Shown: positions 52,801 through 64,000 of the stretch, in pieces
Layout: the number at the start of each line of letters is the position of its first letter
How positions within the stretch are numbered: the stretch's first letter is position 1
NCBI RefSeq assembly: GCF_000372725.1
Contig: NW_005201144.1
Span: 62,001-126,000 of the forward strand
Length of the DNA: 64,000 nt
Direction of reading: 5' to 3'
DNA from: Emiliania huxleyi CCMP1516
Taxonomy: Eukaryota
Program-made: the position numbers and the translations under genes
Notes under the pieces: generated by a model
What the model was told of the DNA's origin: nothing
The model's database searches: none
Seen by the model: the letters and a program-made list of their open reading frames with translations, nothing else

Positions 52801-55800
52801 CGCTCCTTGCCGGGCGGCTCCGTGCGCACAATCCCCGCCTCGAGGCGCGGCGGCGCCTCGGCGCGCGGGTCCTTCTCGCTCAACATGCCGTGGTACTGCA
52901 CCTCCGCAGCGTGGAACTCCGCCTGCGAGCGGTGCATCCTCGCCTCCTGCAGCAGCCCCTGCACGCGCGCGTCGAGAGTCTCCTCCGAGGCGAACGTGTC
53001 CTCGGCGCCCAGGACGAGCGCCTCCCACTCCTCGCGCTGCGCGGCCGGCATCCGCTTCTGCACCGCCGCCAGCGCCGCCGGGTTGAGGTACGGCTTGCCC
53101 CACGCCCTCCGCCACTCGCCGAACCAGCCGACGTCGTGGCCGCGCTTGCCGAGCACGCCTGCGTGCCTGACCCACGCGTCCAGCAGCTTGTGCCGCCCGA
53201 GCCACACCTTCTCCTTGTTTGCCTCGCGCAGCGCGTCCGCCTTGCCCTGCGCCTTGGCCGCACTCTTCGACGCCTCGCTCGCCAGCTTCGACTCGGCGCG
53301 CATGTTCTTGCCGGCGGCGGTGATCGTGGCCACCTCGCCGTTCCGGAGCACCGACGCCTGCAGCGACGCGCAGACGGTGCGCAGCTTGTCCTTGGCCACG
53401 CGCGCCCTTGCCTGCTCCTGCTTGGCGCTCTTCAGGGCCGCCATGCCGCGCTGCTTGACCGCGTGGTTGCAGTAGCCGCCGCGGCCGTACGCCGACTTGA
53501 GCAGCTGCCGGGCGGCGAGCTCGTCGCTCAGCGAGCGCTTGTACCGCGCGGCGGCGGCCGCGAGCAGCGCGGAGATGTCGTCGTCCGGCAGCGCGAGGCT
53601 GTGCACCTTCTTGTTGCCCTTGAGCGCGAGGTTGATGCTCTTCAGCCCGTCCACGCCGGCCGCGTTGTTGTCGATCTCGAGCCGGCGCAGGCTGCGGTTG
53701 AGCTTGAGAGCACCGCCCAGCGCGCTCAGGCCCACGTCGCCCAGGTTGTTGCCCGAGACGTCGAGCAGGGTGAGCGAGCTCGACTTTGGCAGCGCGAACC
53801 GGAAGAGCGACTCGAGCTGCACCCCGTAGCTCGGCGCGGCCCGCTGCCGGGTGGACGATCGCCCATCCGCCGCCGGGCACGTCCCATCCGGCTCGAGCGA
53901 GCGGTAGCCGCCGCCGCACTTCAGCGCGGCCAGGCCGTCGGCGGTGGTCACCAGCCGCATCAGCGAGCGGACAGACGCGGCGCGCTGTGCGACCGCGCGC
54001 TCGGTGCCCGCCGGCAAAGCCAGCTGCCACCGGCTGACGACTGCACTCACGCCCGCCGGGTCGGTCGCAAGCTGGTCGAGCAGCGCGAGCGCGTTGAGGT
54101 CGTCGAGGCCCCAAGTCGAGACGGCGGCGGCGGGCGGCGGCACCGCCGAGGAGAGGGTGAGCGAGTGGAGCCGCGGCGTCCCGCTCTCCTTCGCCTCCGC
54201 GTCGAGGTCGGCGAGCACGCCTGGAGGAAAGTTCCGAGAAGGCTCCGAGAAGGCTCCGAGAAGCTGGCCTCCGCGTCAACGCCGACGAGCACGCCGACGA
54301 GCGCGACGAGGCCGTCGTCGCCGAGCTGCCCGTCGCCACGCAGCGCGAGCGAGGGCGGCAGCAGCCGCGAGGAGCGCAGAGCGGGCAGCAGCTCGGGCAG
54401 CAGCACCGCCGCCGGGTCGGCCGTCGAGAGGTCGAGCTCCATGCCTGGCCGAGCCGCCGCCACCGCGACCAGCCGCTGCAGGAAGGCGGGCCTGCAGACA
54501 GAGAGACAGCTGTCCACGCGCCCGGCGGAACGAGACAGATGTCAGCAGACTCGCGGGGGCCTGTCCGCCGCAGCGCTGTTGAGCATCGCGAAGTCCCCGC
54601 CCCCCGCGAGCGAGAGCGCTGCGAGCTTCGGGCCGCACGCCTCGACGCCGTCGAGGAGCGGGAGCGACCAGCCGATGCCGGACAGGTCGAGCTCGGCCAG
54701 CTTCTGCAGCGCGCGCGGCTCCGGCCTGGCGGAGAAGGGGTCGACGCTAGCGGCGGCGGGGCCAAACGCTGCGGCCGGCTCGAGAGCGGTCCCGGCGAGG
54801 TCGAGGGCGGTCAAGCTGGGCGCCTGCGGGAGGAGGGTGCCGAGGGCCTGCGAGCCGCGCCCGCCCAGCGTGTTGCCTCCCAGCCGCAGCTCGAGCAGGT
54901 TCTTCTGCGTGCCGGCGGCGAGCAGGACCATCTCCATCCCCTCGGGCCCGACGCCGCACCGCACCAACTTGAGCTCCGCGAGCAGCCCGGCGCGCAGCGA
55001 GCGCAGCCCGGCGGCGAGCCTTCAGAGAAGGGGGGGCGTTGTGAGCAGGCGCGCCTGGACACAGGGACATGAGGCAGCCGCCCGGTGGCGAACCGGAAGG
55101 CCGCGTCCCCCACGGCGTTGTCCGAGAGGTCGATGACGGAGAGGGAGGCGAAGCGGTTGCCCGCGAGCGCGTCGCCCAGCGCGCCAATCTCCGCCGGGCC
55201 GGCCCCTACAGGAGAAGGGCTGGGGATGGAAGAGGAAGGGGAAAGCCGCCAGGCGCGTCCCGCCGGGCCAGGCGCCTGCGCGGCGCATCTCGAATGCGAC
55301 CAGCGTGCGGCTCGAGCCGAGGAGCGGCGCGAGCGCCGCCGCCTCGGCGCCGAGCGCGTTGCCAGACACCTTGAAGGCGACGAACGCGCCGTTGTGCGCG
55401 AGCGCGCGCGCGAGGGGTCGCACCGCCGACGGCCGCAGCCGAGAGGCGTCCACCTCGCCTGTGGCGGCCCACTCGCGCACGCACTGCAGCGCGGTGGTGA
55501 CACCGGCGGCCTCGTCCACCGGCGAAAGCACCTCCTCCACCTCGACCTGGCCGAGAGCATTCGCGTGCATCGTCCACGCCGCGTGCAGGTTGCCGTCCAC
55601 CTCGCAGACGGGCGGCAGCAGCTCGAGCGGCGGCACCGGCAGGCCCGTCTGCAGCTCTATCCGGCCGGCTGCGAGAGAGTGCGCGACCCAGACCTGCAGC
55701 TGCAGCTCGGCGGCCGCCCGCGGCGAAGTGGCGACCTGCCACGGCGGCTCGCCCGAGGAGAGGCCGAGCCGCAGCAGGCCGGGTGACGCCTCGTCGAGCC

Positions 55801-56343
55801 GCGCCTACTCATCCATGAGGGGCCATGCATCCATTCGTCGTTTAGCCGCGCAGAGGAGCGGGAAGGAGCGGAGAGAGCGGGGAGGAGAGAAGAGGGGTGT
55901 GGTGCTCGCCGCGCCTCGCAGAGCTGGGTCACGTGCAGCGTCCGAAAAGCCGCGCCGCCCGCGACCGCAAAGAGGCGCCCAAGCGAGGTGAGCGCGAGCA
56001 GGCAGGGCTTGGCGTCCAGCGTGGCGTGCGCGGCGAAGAGGCCCTGCTCTCCACCGTGAAAGAGGTCGTGCTTGCATAGCGCCTTGTCGACCGCGCTCGC
56101 GTCCTTGGGCTTGAGTGGCTTGAGCCCTTCCGGAGACGCCTTGGTGCCAAACACGCACAGCGGCCCCGCTTTCTCCTTGACGTCAATGGCAAACGTGGGT
56201 ATGGCGTCGGGTCGCACGTTGGCTAGGTCCGCAAAGAGCGAGAGCCGCGACTTGCGCGCGCGGACCACGGAGCCGTCGTCAAGGGAGAGCAAGATCACCT
56301 GCCGCTCAGAGCCGTCCGTCTCGCACGAGAAGCAGGCGCCCAT
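49855..56343 (-). CDS. Large multi-exon protein: N-acylation motif, CARMIL-like PH/RNI-type LRR region, Tyr/His-rich and acidic segments, C-terminal GT49 domain
   Basis: It starts MGACFSC. RNI-like LRRs: LSVIDLSDNAVGD, LLELRLGGNTLG, LTLLDVSGNNLGDVGLSALGGALKLNRSLRRLEIDNN. Introns 51131-51053 (GT-AG) and 50954-50884 (GC-AG) splice in VTLVTQCSLDRL...W.GP.S|VAVY...YPINALRN..FLLDVDFVPS..YEPY..YDERFRGYGMNK. It could be two genes if the junction at ~52375-52445 is not spliced. Confidence 0.7.
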
Positions 56344-56930
56344 CGCTAGGAGGAGGCCGAGGATTTGCCGAGACGCGTTAGGTGCGAGTTCTTTTTGTCG
56401 AGTTTTTTTGGAATCTCCCGCCCTAGGGGATTCGAGGATGCGGTGTCGTTCTTTGACCAGATATCTTATGAGCTACTTGATGTAGGAATGAAGACAATTG
56501 GTGTACCTGAGGGTGTCGGTCGTCGAGCCCTACAGCTGCGGAAGAATATGGAGCTGGAAATACAGACTGCGGGAGCGCCATCGCCGTCGGCCGTACCGTC
56601 GAGCAAGGCATCGCCTCCGTCAAGACCTTCGTCTTCGAGCGTGATGCCGCGCCTCGCACGGCCGGCGCCCTTCGGGCCAGCGCGCGAGACGCCTGCGCCG
56701 CCCTCGACTACGACCGGACGCGCCCTGCCGCAGCCCAAGGGAGGGATGGTTGCTGTCTCTCCATTCTCGAGTGTCCGTAAGAAAATTCTTTTCTCGCAGG
56801 AGTCGCTTAGGCGGCTCCCGTGGTGTACCTGTGTTAGTGCCAGTGCGCGCCAGTCCCGTGCCCAGTGTTGTGCGAGCAAGGGATAAAATTCTTTTTCCGA
56901 GCGCCTCGCCAGGGCTTTGAATTCAATTCA

Positions 56931-59900
56931 ATGCTGTCGGCTCCGAACGGCGAGACGATCCACTCCGCCAGCAGCCCGGCCGGCCGGCCGAGCCGGATGG
57001 AGGGCTACTGGGACCGCGTGACGTGCGCGGACCCCTCCCCGATCCGTGCGCCCGCCTCTCGCTCGCCGGCTGACGCCCGCCCGCTCTCGCGACCAGGGAG
57101 CTGACGCAAAAGATCAAGGGTCTCGAGGCGCAGCTGCAGGAGCTGCAAGAGGAGGCCGAGGGCACCGCCGCGGCGCTCGCCCAGAGCGAGGCCACCCGCG
57201 GCCGGCTGCAGGGAGAGCTGGACGACGCCCGCGCGCAGCTGCGCCTGCTCAGCGGGCAGCTGGCGCGGGCGCAGGCGGTGGCCGACCAGTGCGACGAGCG
57301 GGTGCGGCAGGAGACGGCGAGCCTCGCCGCCGAGCTGGCCGAGATGCGGGCCAAGCCCGTGCCGCCGAGCCCGCGCAAGGTGCAGAAGCAGGTGCTCGCC
57401 GCGTTTGATGTCGCGTCGAGGGCCGTCCGCTCAGAGCTGGCGGCGGGCGCGGGCGCCGGCGGCGGGGGCGATGCGGCCGAGGCGGAGGGCGCCGGCCAGA
57501 GCGGCGACGAGCCGGCGGCGGCTGCTGCGGAGGGCGAGGAGGAAGCGGAGGAGGAGGAGGAGGGCAGTGGTTGCAGCATCGAGGAGCGTGCAGAGCGGTA
57601 CCTCCGCGAGGCGATGGAGGGGGCGGCGCGGGCGGTGGAGCCGGCGCGGCTGGAGGCGGTGGGCAACTGGCAGGCGGAGCGCAGGCGGCGGCGGCTGCTC
57701 CAGAACCAGCTGCAGGAGCTCAAGGGCTCGATCCGGGTGATGTGCCGCGTGCGGCCGACGGCGGCGGGCGAGGGCGCGGCGGTGGTGACGATTCCGACCC
57801 CGACAGACGTGCTGGTGGCGCAGCCGGGGACGCGGGAGGGGCGGCGCTCGTTCGCCTTCGACCAGGCCTTCGGGCCCGGGTCGGGGCAGGAGGCCGTCTT
57901 TGAGGAGGTGGGGCGCACAGACAGACCGACCGACGCGCGCGCACAGACGCGGAGCACAGACACACATCTCCCCATATCCCCTCAGGTCGAGCCGTGCGTC
58001 GAGTCGGTGCTCGACGGGTTCAACGTCTGCATCTTCGCCTACGGTGCCGGCCGAGTGCTAGCTTGCGCACCCGCGGACACACGCTCAGCGCGGCGGGAGG
58101 GAGAGGGGCCGTGTCCCTCCCTTTGCGTCGCCCTTTCCCCACCGCCGGCGCTCCCGCAGACGCCCGCGTCGGAGGGCGTGCTCCGTGCTGTGCGTGCCGT
58201 CACCCCCCCCCCCCCTCCCCCCCTCCCCTCTCGCAGGCCAGACTGGCTCGGGCAAGACCTTTACCATGGAGGGGTCGTCGCGGGAGGAGGGGCTGGCGGG
58301 CATCAACCCACGCGCGCTGCGCCGCCTCTTCGAGATGATCGCCGAGCGGAAGCAGCTGGCGGCGATGGGCGGGCGCGGCGGCGGCGAGTCGGGCGGCTGG
58401 GAGTACGCTGTCTCGCTCTCCTACCTCGAGATCTACAACGAGAACCTGCGCGACCTGCTGGGCGACGTCCCGGCGGCGCGCGCGGGCGGCGCCGCCGCCG
58501 CCCCCAAGAAGGGCAAGGAGAGGGCCTCCCTCGACATCCGCTCCACTGGGGAGCAGGTCCAGGTGCTCGGGCTGAGCAGCCTGCAGGCAGACTTGTACTT
58601 GTTCCGCCCGCCCGCCCAGCCCGCACCCACCGCCGCATGCGAGCCAGCTGCCGCCGAGCCTTCCGCCGCCCTCCCCGCCCCCGCCCGCCCGCCCGCCCGC
58701 CCGCCGCCGCCGTGCAGCCCGCCTTCTTTAGCTGCTGGTGGGGACGGCTCCTCTCCCCCGACACACGTCCACGACGCGTCCGTGTGTTGACTCCGTGTGT
58801 GTTGGCACAGGTCTCGAGCGCCGACGAGGTGGAGGAGGCGCTGCGCCGCGGCGGCGGCCGCCGCTCAGTCGCGGCGACAAAGTGCAACGCCTCGTCGTCA
58901 CGATCGCACCCAACCCTAGATGCAGAGAGCTTGCAAGCTCTGCCTTCGCGGAGAGAGCGCCGCCACGCGCCAGTCGACGAGTCCGCCGAAAGAGTCCGCC
59001 GCAAGCCGCGTGGCCGCCGTGGCCGCGCGATGAGTCGATCACACGGCCTTCTCGAGGCTGCAGCCCCCGCCTTCCGCCGTCTCGACGCCCTCCCCTCCCG
59101 CTGCCTCGCCAGGCACTCGATCTGCGTCGTGACGGTGACTGGCCGGCAGGCCGACACGGGCGCCACCACGCACGGCGCGCCGCAAGCCTCGGGCGTACGC
59201 CGGAGGGGGGAGAGAGAGAGGGCGCGGCTCACCCCCTCGAGGAGCTGCGACGTAGGCAAGCTGCACCTCGTCGACCTCGCCGGCTCGGAGCGCGTCAAAA
59301 AGTCGGACGTGTCGGGGCAGGCCACAGTAGAATGCTCTAGACTCGTGTGCTCTCCCCCCCCCCGCCCCCCGCTCACATTGGGAGGACGCCACGTGAAGAG
59401 GGAACGCCGTGTTCCGGCTGCAGTGCCCCCGCTCGGCACGCTCCTATCGAATACCGCGTCTCCGTCGAGGCGGCACGCGCTGTCCATCTCACTCCTCCCC
59501 CTGAATCCCCCCCCCCCCCCTCCCACCCTGCAGGCAGGGCATGCTGGAGGCTCAGGCCATCAACAAGAGCCTCTCCGCGCTGGGCAACGTGATGGCCAAG
59601 CTACAGGAGAAGGCGAAGCACGTGCCCTTCCGCGACTCGAAGCTGACGCAGCTGCTCGCCGACTCGCTCGGCGGCAACTCCAAGACCTTCATGTTCGTCA
59701 ATATCAACCCGTCTGCCGAGGCGCCGCCGCCACCCAGACCTCCCGAGACGCTTCCGCACCGCTCTCTGCCGCCGCCACCCATTCCACCGCCCGCGGCGGG
59801 CGCGGTGCCCCTCCTCGACCCTCCCCGTTCGCCCTGGCGGAAGGCGGCCTCCGAGTCGCTCTGCTCGCTCGAGTTCGGGATGCGAGTGCGCAAGGTGGAG

Positions 59901-61272
59901 CTCGGGCGGGCGAGCGGCCGCCGCGTCGAGGGCGCCTCTCTCGCGGAGCTCAAGGAGGCGCGCGGCGCGGAGGAGCGCGCCGTCTCCGAGCTGCGCACTG
60001 CGGAGGCGCGCACCCCGACCCCGACCCCGCTCCCTCCGATTCCCTCGCCGCCGACCTCTTCCCCGTCCGCCGGCGATGCCGTCGCCACCTCGGCCGCCTC
60101 CGCTGCCGCCCTCACCGCCGCTGCCGTCGCAGGCGCGGCTCGCGAGGCTGGAGGGCGAGGCGAAGGAGGGGCGGGAGGCGCAGGCGGCGATGGAGGCCGA
60201 GCTCGCCGAGCTGCGCCAGCGCAAGGAGGCGGACGCGCTGCTGCTCGAGCAAGGCGCCGACAAGCAGCGCACCCAGCTCGCCGACGAGCGCAAGCGCGCC
60301 GCCGCGACCGAGGCGGCGCTGCGCGAGGCGCGCGCGAAGCTCGAGGCGTCCGAGGCGGAGCTGCGCAAGCTGCGGAGCGACGGAGTGCGCGAGCTCGCGT
60401 CGGCGGCACGCGAGCTGGCCGCGCCCGCCCGGCCGGTGAGCCAGGAGGCCGCCGCAGCGCTGAGGCAGAGCGCGGCGGTGTCCCTCGGGCAGTACGAGCC
60501 GTCGGAGCGCGAGCGGCCGGCCGAGGTGGCGGCGCTTTTCCGCGGCTCGGCCGTCAACCTCAGCGCGTCCATCCAGTCCGAGATGGGGCGCCCACCTGCG
60601 GCGCCACCTGCGGCGAGGGAGCCCGCCGCGCCCGCCATGTCGACGGCGAACCTCCTCGACATGGACTCGTCGGCGCTCTGTGCTGCGCGGCCGCTCCTTC
60701 CCGAGGGCGCCGCCGAGCTGTCTTCTCTCGCCGAGGGCGCCGAGGGGGAGGCTGAGGCCGCCGCACCGCGCGCCGCACCGCGCCGCTCCCCGCGCCTCTC
60801 GTCGCCCGCCCCGGCGTCCGGCAGCGGCGCCACGCCGTCGCAGCGCTACACGCCGTCGCACCTGGTGCGGCCGCGCGGGTCGCAGCAGTCGTCGCGCAAG
60901 GTCAAGTTCCGCTTCTCGGACGAGTCGCGGCAGGTCAGAGTCCGCCTCTCGGAAGAGGAGGGCGGGCAGGCGGAGGAGGAGGACGCTTTCCCCGCCTTTG
61001 CCCTCGACAAGGAGGACCGGACGCCCAACGCCGCGCCGCCGCCCCGCCCCGAGGCGCACGGCAAGCGGCTGCGCGGCGCGAACGGTGCCTTCAAGTTCGA
61101 GCCGCTCGGCGGCGGCTTTGCGGCGCCGTCCCTCGGCCGCGCCTTCGCAGGCGGGGCCGCGAGGCGACCTCTGGGGGGGGCGCCCGCGCAGCGCGGCGGC
61201 GGCGGCGCCATCGCAAAGGCGCGCAGTGACGCGGCGCGCGCTCACCGTGGCACTCCCCCCCTGGCGGGCTAA
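56931..61272 (+). CDS. Kinesin-14 (KIFC3/KCBP-like neck) with an internal motor domain and flanking coiled coils; multi-exon
   Basis: Neck [20 protein letters not shown], then FAFDQAF and P-loop [11 protein letters not shown]. Further motifs: [51 protein letters not shown]. Several introns are GC-AG. Confidence 0.93.
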
Positions 61273-62138
61273 GCGGTTCGAGCGCTGCCACAATAGGTCG
61301 CGGGCAGCCGGCGCCACTCGTCGATCTCGGCCCACGTGCAGCGCGCGAGCAGCCGGCGCGCCTCGGTCGCGCCCGCCGGTCGGAGGGCGACGTTCCACGC
61401 GCCCGAGTGGAAGTGAGGGGTTGCGTGAGAGGGAGGCGTGTGCGGACGTGAGGGCGGCGGAGTGAGGCGACGGGGCGCCTACCGCCGGCGGCGGCGGTGC
61501 CTCGAGCGTGTCACAAACAGCCAAGCGATTTGGCCGCTGCCCTGGGGAGGGTTGTGGAGGGCGGGGCTGCTTTGCGGCGGCCTCACTTGAAGTGGGCGGG
61601 GGGCGAGATCTCGAGAAGCCGAGGTGCTCGCGAGAGAGACTTTGCATGTTGTGAGTTGCACGCGTGTGACTGTGAGCTGGCGTGGGCGTACACCTGGCCG
61701 GCCCCGGCCAATGCAATCCGCATCTCATCCATCTCGACAGCTTCTCTCGCTAAATAACAAGGGTGAAGGCAGAATCTTCTTCTTGCTTGTTGGTTTTTCA
61801 TTATCTGGAAAAAAATACTTTCGATTATTACCATCGGCAGCATCCACTTGCATCTAATTCTAAAGTCTAAAGAGTTTAAGTGCGCTGTGCGGTACCCTAG
61901 TAGCTTCCCTAGTGGCCAGTGACACGGACACAGGTACACCAAGTAACACGTACGTATACGGGCGTGCTATGTGTAATAAATAAATGGCGGGTGCGCGTGC
62001 GTGCGCGTGCGCCGGGCCGTCACTTGATGGCAACTTGAGACGTAATGGTGCGCACAGTCTCAAGTTGCCGTTGTCTGTGCAGCTACTGGGGCCCAAGCAC
62101 CACGCATCAGAGAGAGTGGCTCTATCTGTAGCCGTACC

Positions 62139-63125
62139 TCAGCCCAGCCCACCCGCCTCCCAAGCATGCTGTAGTTTGTGAGAGCCATGGTTGTCGCCTC
62201 CACCAAAGATGTCAAACGGGCGGTCAGAGAGCCAGTCAGCCAAAAGCGGTGGTTCTAATGGCAGCGGCGGCTCCAAGGGTGGGTGCGACGGAGGCGAAAG
62301 CGGCGATGGCGGCGGTTGCATGGGAGGGGACAAAGGCGGCGGCGGCGGCGAATAGTAGCGGCCAACGTCCACTATTGAGAGTGCGAAGGAGGGCCCGCTC
62401 ACCTCGCCGCCGCCCCAGATTGGTATTCCGTGGTGGGGGTGCGTCTCTGGCAGCCGGCCCGCCGCGACCTCCGCCATGTCGTCCAGCCACGCCAGCTCCT
62501 CCTCAGTGTGCACCCCTCCAAAGTCGACCCCTCCGGACAGCGCGAGGATGCGCGGGATCTCAAAGTGCAAGTGCATGTCGAGCGCGGTGACTTGCACGCT
62601 GAGGCCAAGAAAGCGCAGCGCATCGAGGTTGGACAGGTCTAGCCGCGCCTAAAGTGACGAGCACAGTGACGCGTGCGGATTCGAGACTCCAAAACTGCAG
62701 CCGAAGCGGCCAATGCCACCTCACGATCGAAGAGGAGCCGGCTGAGATTCAAGCGGAGCGTCACCTTGGCCTGCATGCACGGCAGGTTGGGTCAGCCTCG
62801 CTCTGACGCGGCCCTCTCTCTTCTCGGTCCCGGGCGGAGCCTCGGCTCGCGCAGGCACGGTCAAGCGCTCTGCTGGGAGGCCGGTGATCAAGGCCTCGTT
62901 CCTCGATACAAACGCCCCCGCCTCCATGTCCCACTGCTCCTCGCACGCCCAAGTGGCTAAGGTCTGGTTATCTTCCAGCCGTCCTGCCACATCCTGCAAC
63001 ACCTCTGCGGTGTGTGTGGACGTCGCCTGGCCGGGTACGCACCCGACCGAGAACGCGGACTTGACGTAGGCGCGTGTGTCGGCCTCAACGGTAATCGCAA
63101 GGTGTGTGGGGTGGACTGCTTTCAT
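62139..63125 (-). pseudogene. Possible degraded gene fragment(s) with a Pro-rich segment
   Basis: Two ORFs in the same frame (63257-62721 and 62597-62139) are separated by in-frame stops. No recognisable domain. Confidence 0.25.
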
Positions 63126-63309
63126 TTCGCTCTGCGTTCCTCGCACATGGATGGAGTGCGAGGTATCTCGACTGGTGTCTGTGAAGAGAGCGATATGCCA
63201 TGCATACATCATGTCGAGAGAGAGAATTCTCTCTCTCTCTCTCTCTCTCTCTCGCATACATCATGTCATTAGGCAGCGGAAAAAAAAACCCCGGGCCACG
63301 ACACAGGTG

Positions 63310-64000
63310 ATGGCCACCTTCTGGCCTCTCGCGGGCGGTAAGCGCGGTGCCTGCAGGACAGTGAATGCCGCGACGGGATCGTTGGACGAGTACTGGCGCG
63401 TGAGCGAAGCCGAGTGCCAGGCCATGTGCTTCGCCAGTCCGGAATGCATCGCGATCGATTACCATTTCCCTTACGAACGCTGCGAACTCCACAAGGAGCC
63501 CATACGGCACGTCCTCCCGATGGGTGAGCACGCCTGCCGCCTCAAACCCCCCAGATACGGCGGCGCGGTCACGGCGACCCTCAAAAACCTCAACTCGGAG
63601 ATGATTCGCCGGCCCGCGCCTCCCCTTCCGACGCCGCCGCCGTCGCCGCCGTCACTGCCGCCGCCGACGCCGCCGCCGTCGCGACCACCGTCGCCGCCGC
63701 CGCCACCTTCGCCGCCGCCGCCGCCGTCGCCGCCACCTTCGCCACCTCCGCCGCCGTCGCCGTCGCCGCCGCCGCCGCCGCCACCTCTGTCACCGTCGCC
63801 GTCGCCGCCGCCGCCGCCGCCACCTCCGCCGCCGTCGCCGTCGCCGCCGACGCCGTCCCCGCCGCCGCTTCCACCGCCGCCGTCGCGTCCGCCGAGTCCG
63901 CCTCCCAACCGCTGCCTCGAGGCGCAGCTCCTGCAGGCGCCCGCCGCCGACTTTGGGCCGTGCTCGCACCTGCGTCTCGCGGAGCTGCGGCGGCAGTCGC
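63310..64000 (+). CDS. PAN/apple-domain plus Pro-rich protein (partial; runs off the window, absent from the ORF track)
   Basis: The frame from ATG 63310 reads ...SEAECQAMCFASPECIAIDYHFPYERCELH (PAN pattern C3xC5xC..Y..C.L), then an (SPPPP)n stalk, with no stop before 64000. Confidence 0.7.
   Translation, partial: MATFWPLAGGKRGACRTVNAATGSLDEYWRVSEAECQAMCFASPECIAIDYHFPYERCELHKEPIRHVLPMGEHACRLKPPRYGGAVTATLKNLNSEMIRRPAPPLPTPPPSPPSLPPPTPPPSRPPSPPPPPSPPPPPSPPPSPPPPPSPSPPPPPPPLSPSPSPPPPPPPPPPSPSPPTPSPPPLPPPPSRPPSPPPNRCLEAQLLQAPAADFGPCSHLRLAELRRQS

Noticed and set aside
56400..56880. Possible SAM-domain-like fragment (GFEDAVSFFDQI...IGVPEG..RR) between the divergent LRR and kinesin genes
   Set aside because: The similarity is too weak by eye and there is no proper start. 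It would need an HMM search.
57278..60439. 1053-aa ORF as an intronless kinesin
   Set aside because: It reads through introns by chance. The P-loop and C-terminal motor motifs lie in other frames.
62597..62723. In-frame TGA as possible selenocysteine or readthrough joining two ORFs
   Set aside because: A second in-frame stop (TAG) follows, and there is no redox motif or identifiable SECIS. Decay or an intron is the simpler explanation.

Overview
This is very GC-rich eukaryotic DNA with introns and two N-gaps. By inference it is most likely a haptophyte such as Emiliania/Gephyrocapsa huxleyi, based on frequent GC-AG introns, 9-11 bp intronic tandem repeats, Pro-rich surface proteins and an F-box-RCC1 gene. 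Recognisable genes are a GT2-ARM-GT4 fused glycosyltransferase, a degenerate 2H-like protein, an ankyrin/SH3-like/IRAK-type kinase/RING protein, a DENND4-like Rab GEF, an F-box-RCC1 protein, an M11 (gametolysin-like) protease, an LRR receptor-like protein, a tandem GT49-GT49-PL14-like protein, a Golgi-type sulfotransferase, a probably acylated CARMIL-like LRR protein apparently spliced to a third GT49 domain, a kinesin-14 and a partial PAN/apple protein. Between them lie LINE remnants, an inverted-repeat-bounded element, short dispersed repeats and gene fragments (FBH1-like helicase, cyclin, DUF4326). The best leads are (i) three co-oriented acidic/sulfated-glycan enzyme genes at 37-56 kb with unusual domain fusions and (ii) minisatellite insertions flanked by 21-23 bp direct repeats, at least one of which looks like it created an intron. 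All domain calls are by-eye motif recognition and exon boundaries are approximate.
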